A stretch of DNA of 63,847 bases, filler included, from Rhabdomonas costata (lineage: Eukaryota): the NCBI GenBank assembly GCA_019059605.1. It is 39 parts of 39 records of this genome, joined end to end, with 100 filler letters (N's around TTAATTAATTAA, not from the genome) between each part and the next. Parts side by side here need not be neighbours in the genome. Positions count along the whole stretch, not along the records: positions 60,672 to 62,209 come from JAHMHO010013509.1; positions 62,310 to 63,847 come from JAHMHO010013510.1; 37 more parts are not named here. One strand, written 5' to 3'. A program made the position numbers and the translations under genes. Position 1 is the stretch's first letter. Every line of letters begins with the position of its first letter. The notes below the pieces were generated by a model that was given only the letters and a program-made list of their open reading frames with translations, had not been told where the DNA came from and ran no database searches. This document shows, one piece after another, positions 62,040 to 63,847 of the stretch.

Positions 62040-62513
62040 GTCGCTCTTCTTTACCCCCCGGCACGGAGTTTTGGGGCGCAAGTGCATGCTTAGAAGTTAC
62101 GTCCCAGTTTGAAAGATTTTCGAGTAAAGCTATTGGAACTCTTTGAAATAAATCGAATTTTCTCGACATTTTTTTTTCGGGGGTAAGAATCGATTCTTAC
62201 CCCCAACAANNNNNNNNNNNNNNNNNNNNNNNNNNNNNNNNNNNNNNNNNNNNTTAATTAATTAANNNNNNNNNNNNNNNNNNNNNNNNNNNNNNNNNNN
62301 NNNNNNNNNGAGTGCCGCCAACAATAAATCACAAAAATAAGTACAACCGTATGGGCTCGAAGATTAAAAGGCCTTTGAGTGAGGCAATCGGGCCTTTGGG
62401 TGAAACCCGACCAACCGGGAACAGGATCGACATCCATGCAAAACAGAACGCTCTCATCTGCCCCTGGAATTTTTGTGAAAACGATGGGTTTGGGTGGGAA
62501 GGCGGGGGTACAC

Positions 62514-63403
62514 CGCTTGCCAACTCAGCTCTCCCAGCGAGACATAGGGAAAGCAGCGGGTGTCCAGGATGCCCGTGAGAGGAGGCGAGACAAGCAGCAC
62601 AGCGGCGAGGACAAAGCGGCACAGACCCCCTGCAGGCATTTCCAAAAAGACAATTGCATTTTTTGAGTGGTGAGATGGTGGGGATGTCAAAAAGTTAACA
62701 CCGTTGACCGTTTTAGGACTTTAGGAATCGATTAAAATGAGGGAAAAAAAGCCTGCGCCGAATGAAAGCACACACCGTATCCTCTCAATAATCGGCAATC
62801 ACAGCTCACAGAAGCGAGGGAACTCAACGGCAGCAAATAGCTGCCAAAGATGAGTTGTGAGTAATAGAGTAAAGCAGTCGGCATTCGTGCGTAGAGCACA
62901 TCATCACATTCCTTCGAAAGTGCTTCAAGCAGTGGAATCTGTGTGAGTAGATGAGGGCCCGAAGAGCGCATGCTGCATACCTGGGCCGTGGGTTCGCCCA
63001 AAGAACAGCACGCGCTTCTCTGCCATAATTGCGTTCACAAGGGTCATCACCCCACCCCCAAGCAGAGAAACCTGTGAAGTGAGGCATGGCATCTTCTCCA
63101 TGATAGAACCACAAAGATTCAAGCCTCACCGCACAGGCCACCGTTCATGACTGAGCGCTCGCCAACAGTGGGGAGATGAGAGTTGGCACGTGCAAGAGGA
63201 GGCGGTTGTGTACCACCACCAAAGGAGAGGAGGGCGGGCAAAAGAGGGAAACGGGCGGACCAGGGAGGCCGTGGAGATCCCTTGCAGCCCAAGGTCGTCT
63301 GGGGCAAGGCCCAAAGGACAGCGCAGCAGAAGTCCCTGACCTTCGAGCATGGCTGGAACCTCCTTCACAGAGCTGAAAGTACCGTAGGGCACAGGAACAC
63401 GGA
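62514..63403 (-). CDS. Afi1/MesA-like DENN-superfamily protein (exons 63261-63403, 62981-63071, 62514-62629)
   Basis: LVNAIMAEKRVLFFG...LCRFVLAAVLLVS....RCFPYVSL resembles the Afi1/MesA SPA domain. Confidence 0.7.
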
Positions 63404-63847
63404 CTGAAGTAACCATAACAACACACGCGGAAACCTGCTGCCGAGATCTGTAGCGTGCAACCGCTTTCAGAATCGACCTAGAAATTAAGTCTGCGATGTC
63501 CACAGGCAGGCGACCTGAACTGCTTAACTTTACAGGGAACTTGAGCAAAAAGGTTAAATTCCATCCGCTGTCACAGATATGGTGCACTGGAATGGGAGTG
63601 AGTTTCCTACCCTCTCTTTTCTTCTCTCTCAACCTCAATCTCAATCTGAACCTCAACCTCTCCCTCTCACCCCGGATGTTTCCCCACTGCAATGAAAACA
63701 TGTCAACTTTATTGTCGAACTTCAATATCCACAAAGAGAATTGACCTGAAGGTGAGCCTGAGGGTGGACGTGTGGCAAAACCACCAATTTTATGACCCAC
63801 GACATGCACCAAAACAGACCTTTCCAGCAGGCAAGAACGGCACACAC

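Noticed and set aside
4922-62209. The two cullin fragments, or any cross-contig neighbours, as a gene cluster
   Set aside because: Contigs are ordered by length, so adjacency carries no linkage information.
1-63847. Euglenid nonconventional introns or a reassigned genetic code
   Set aside because: All homology-anchored introns fit GT-AG (one possible GC donor). Conserved exons have no in-frame stops, and RidA and MPDU1 end in TGA.

Overview
This window is not one locus. It joins 39 unrelated contigs of about 1.54 kb with an artificial 100-nt spacer (N44-TTAATTAATTAA-N44), so neighbouring contigs are not linked. Contig ends carry G/T-only primer-like remnants and fold-back hairpins typical of whole-genome-amplified single-cell DNA. 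Most contigs are GC-rich, intron-rich nuclear DNA of a flagellated protist, plausibly a euglenozoan (inference). GT-AG exons are recognisable for VAMP7, cullin, a Cav-type channel, an ABC transporter, DLEC1, XPF, MLF, H6PD, DNA ligase, Bin3/MEPCE, a Rieske protein, adenylate cyclase, RidA, mid-SUN, MPDU1, an oxidosqualene cyclase, LIM, RPS8 and Afi1/MesA. Two different non-LTR retrotransposons are also present. Two contigs stand apart. 13135-14674 is non-coding and is packed with covarying single-stranded-DNA-type hairpins (tandem GA pairs, GNA triloops, three TTAT-loop hairpins) beside a strongly A+C-skewed repeat tract. 16416-17955 is very AT-rich and intronless and carries a Mimiviridae-type AAAATTGA promoter, suggesting a giant virus. 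The host 5' splice-site consensus is atypical (GTNYGY). All family calls come from motif recognition by eye; no searches were run.
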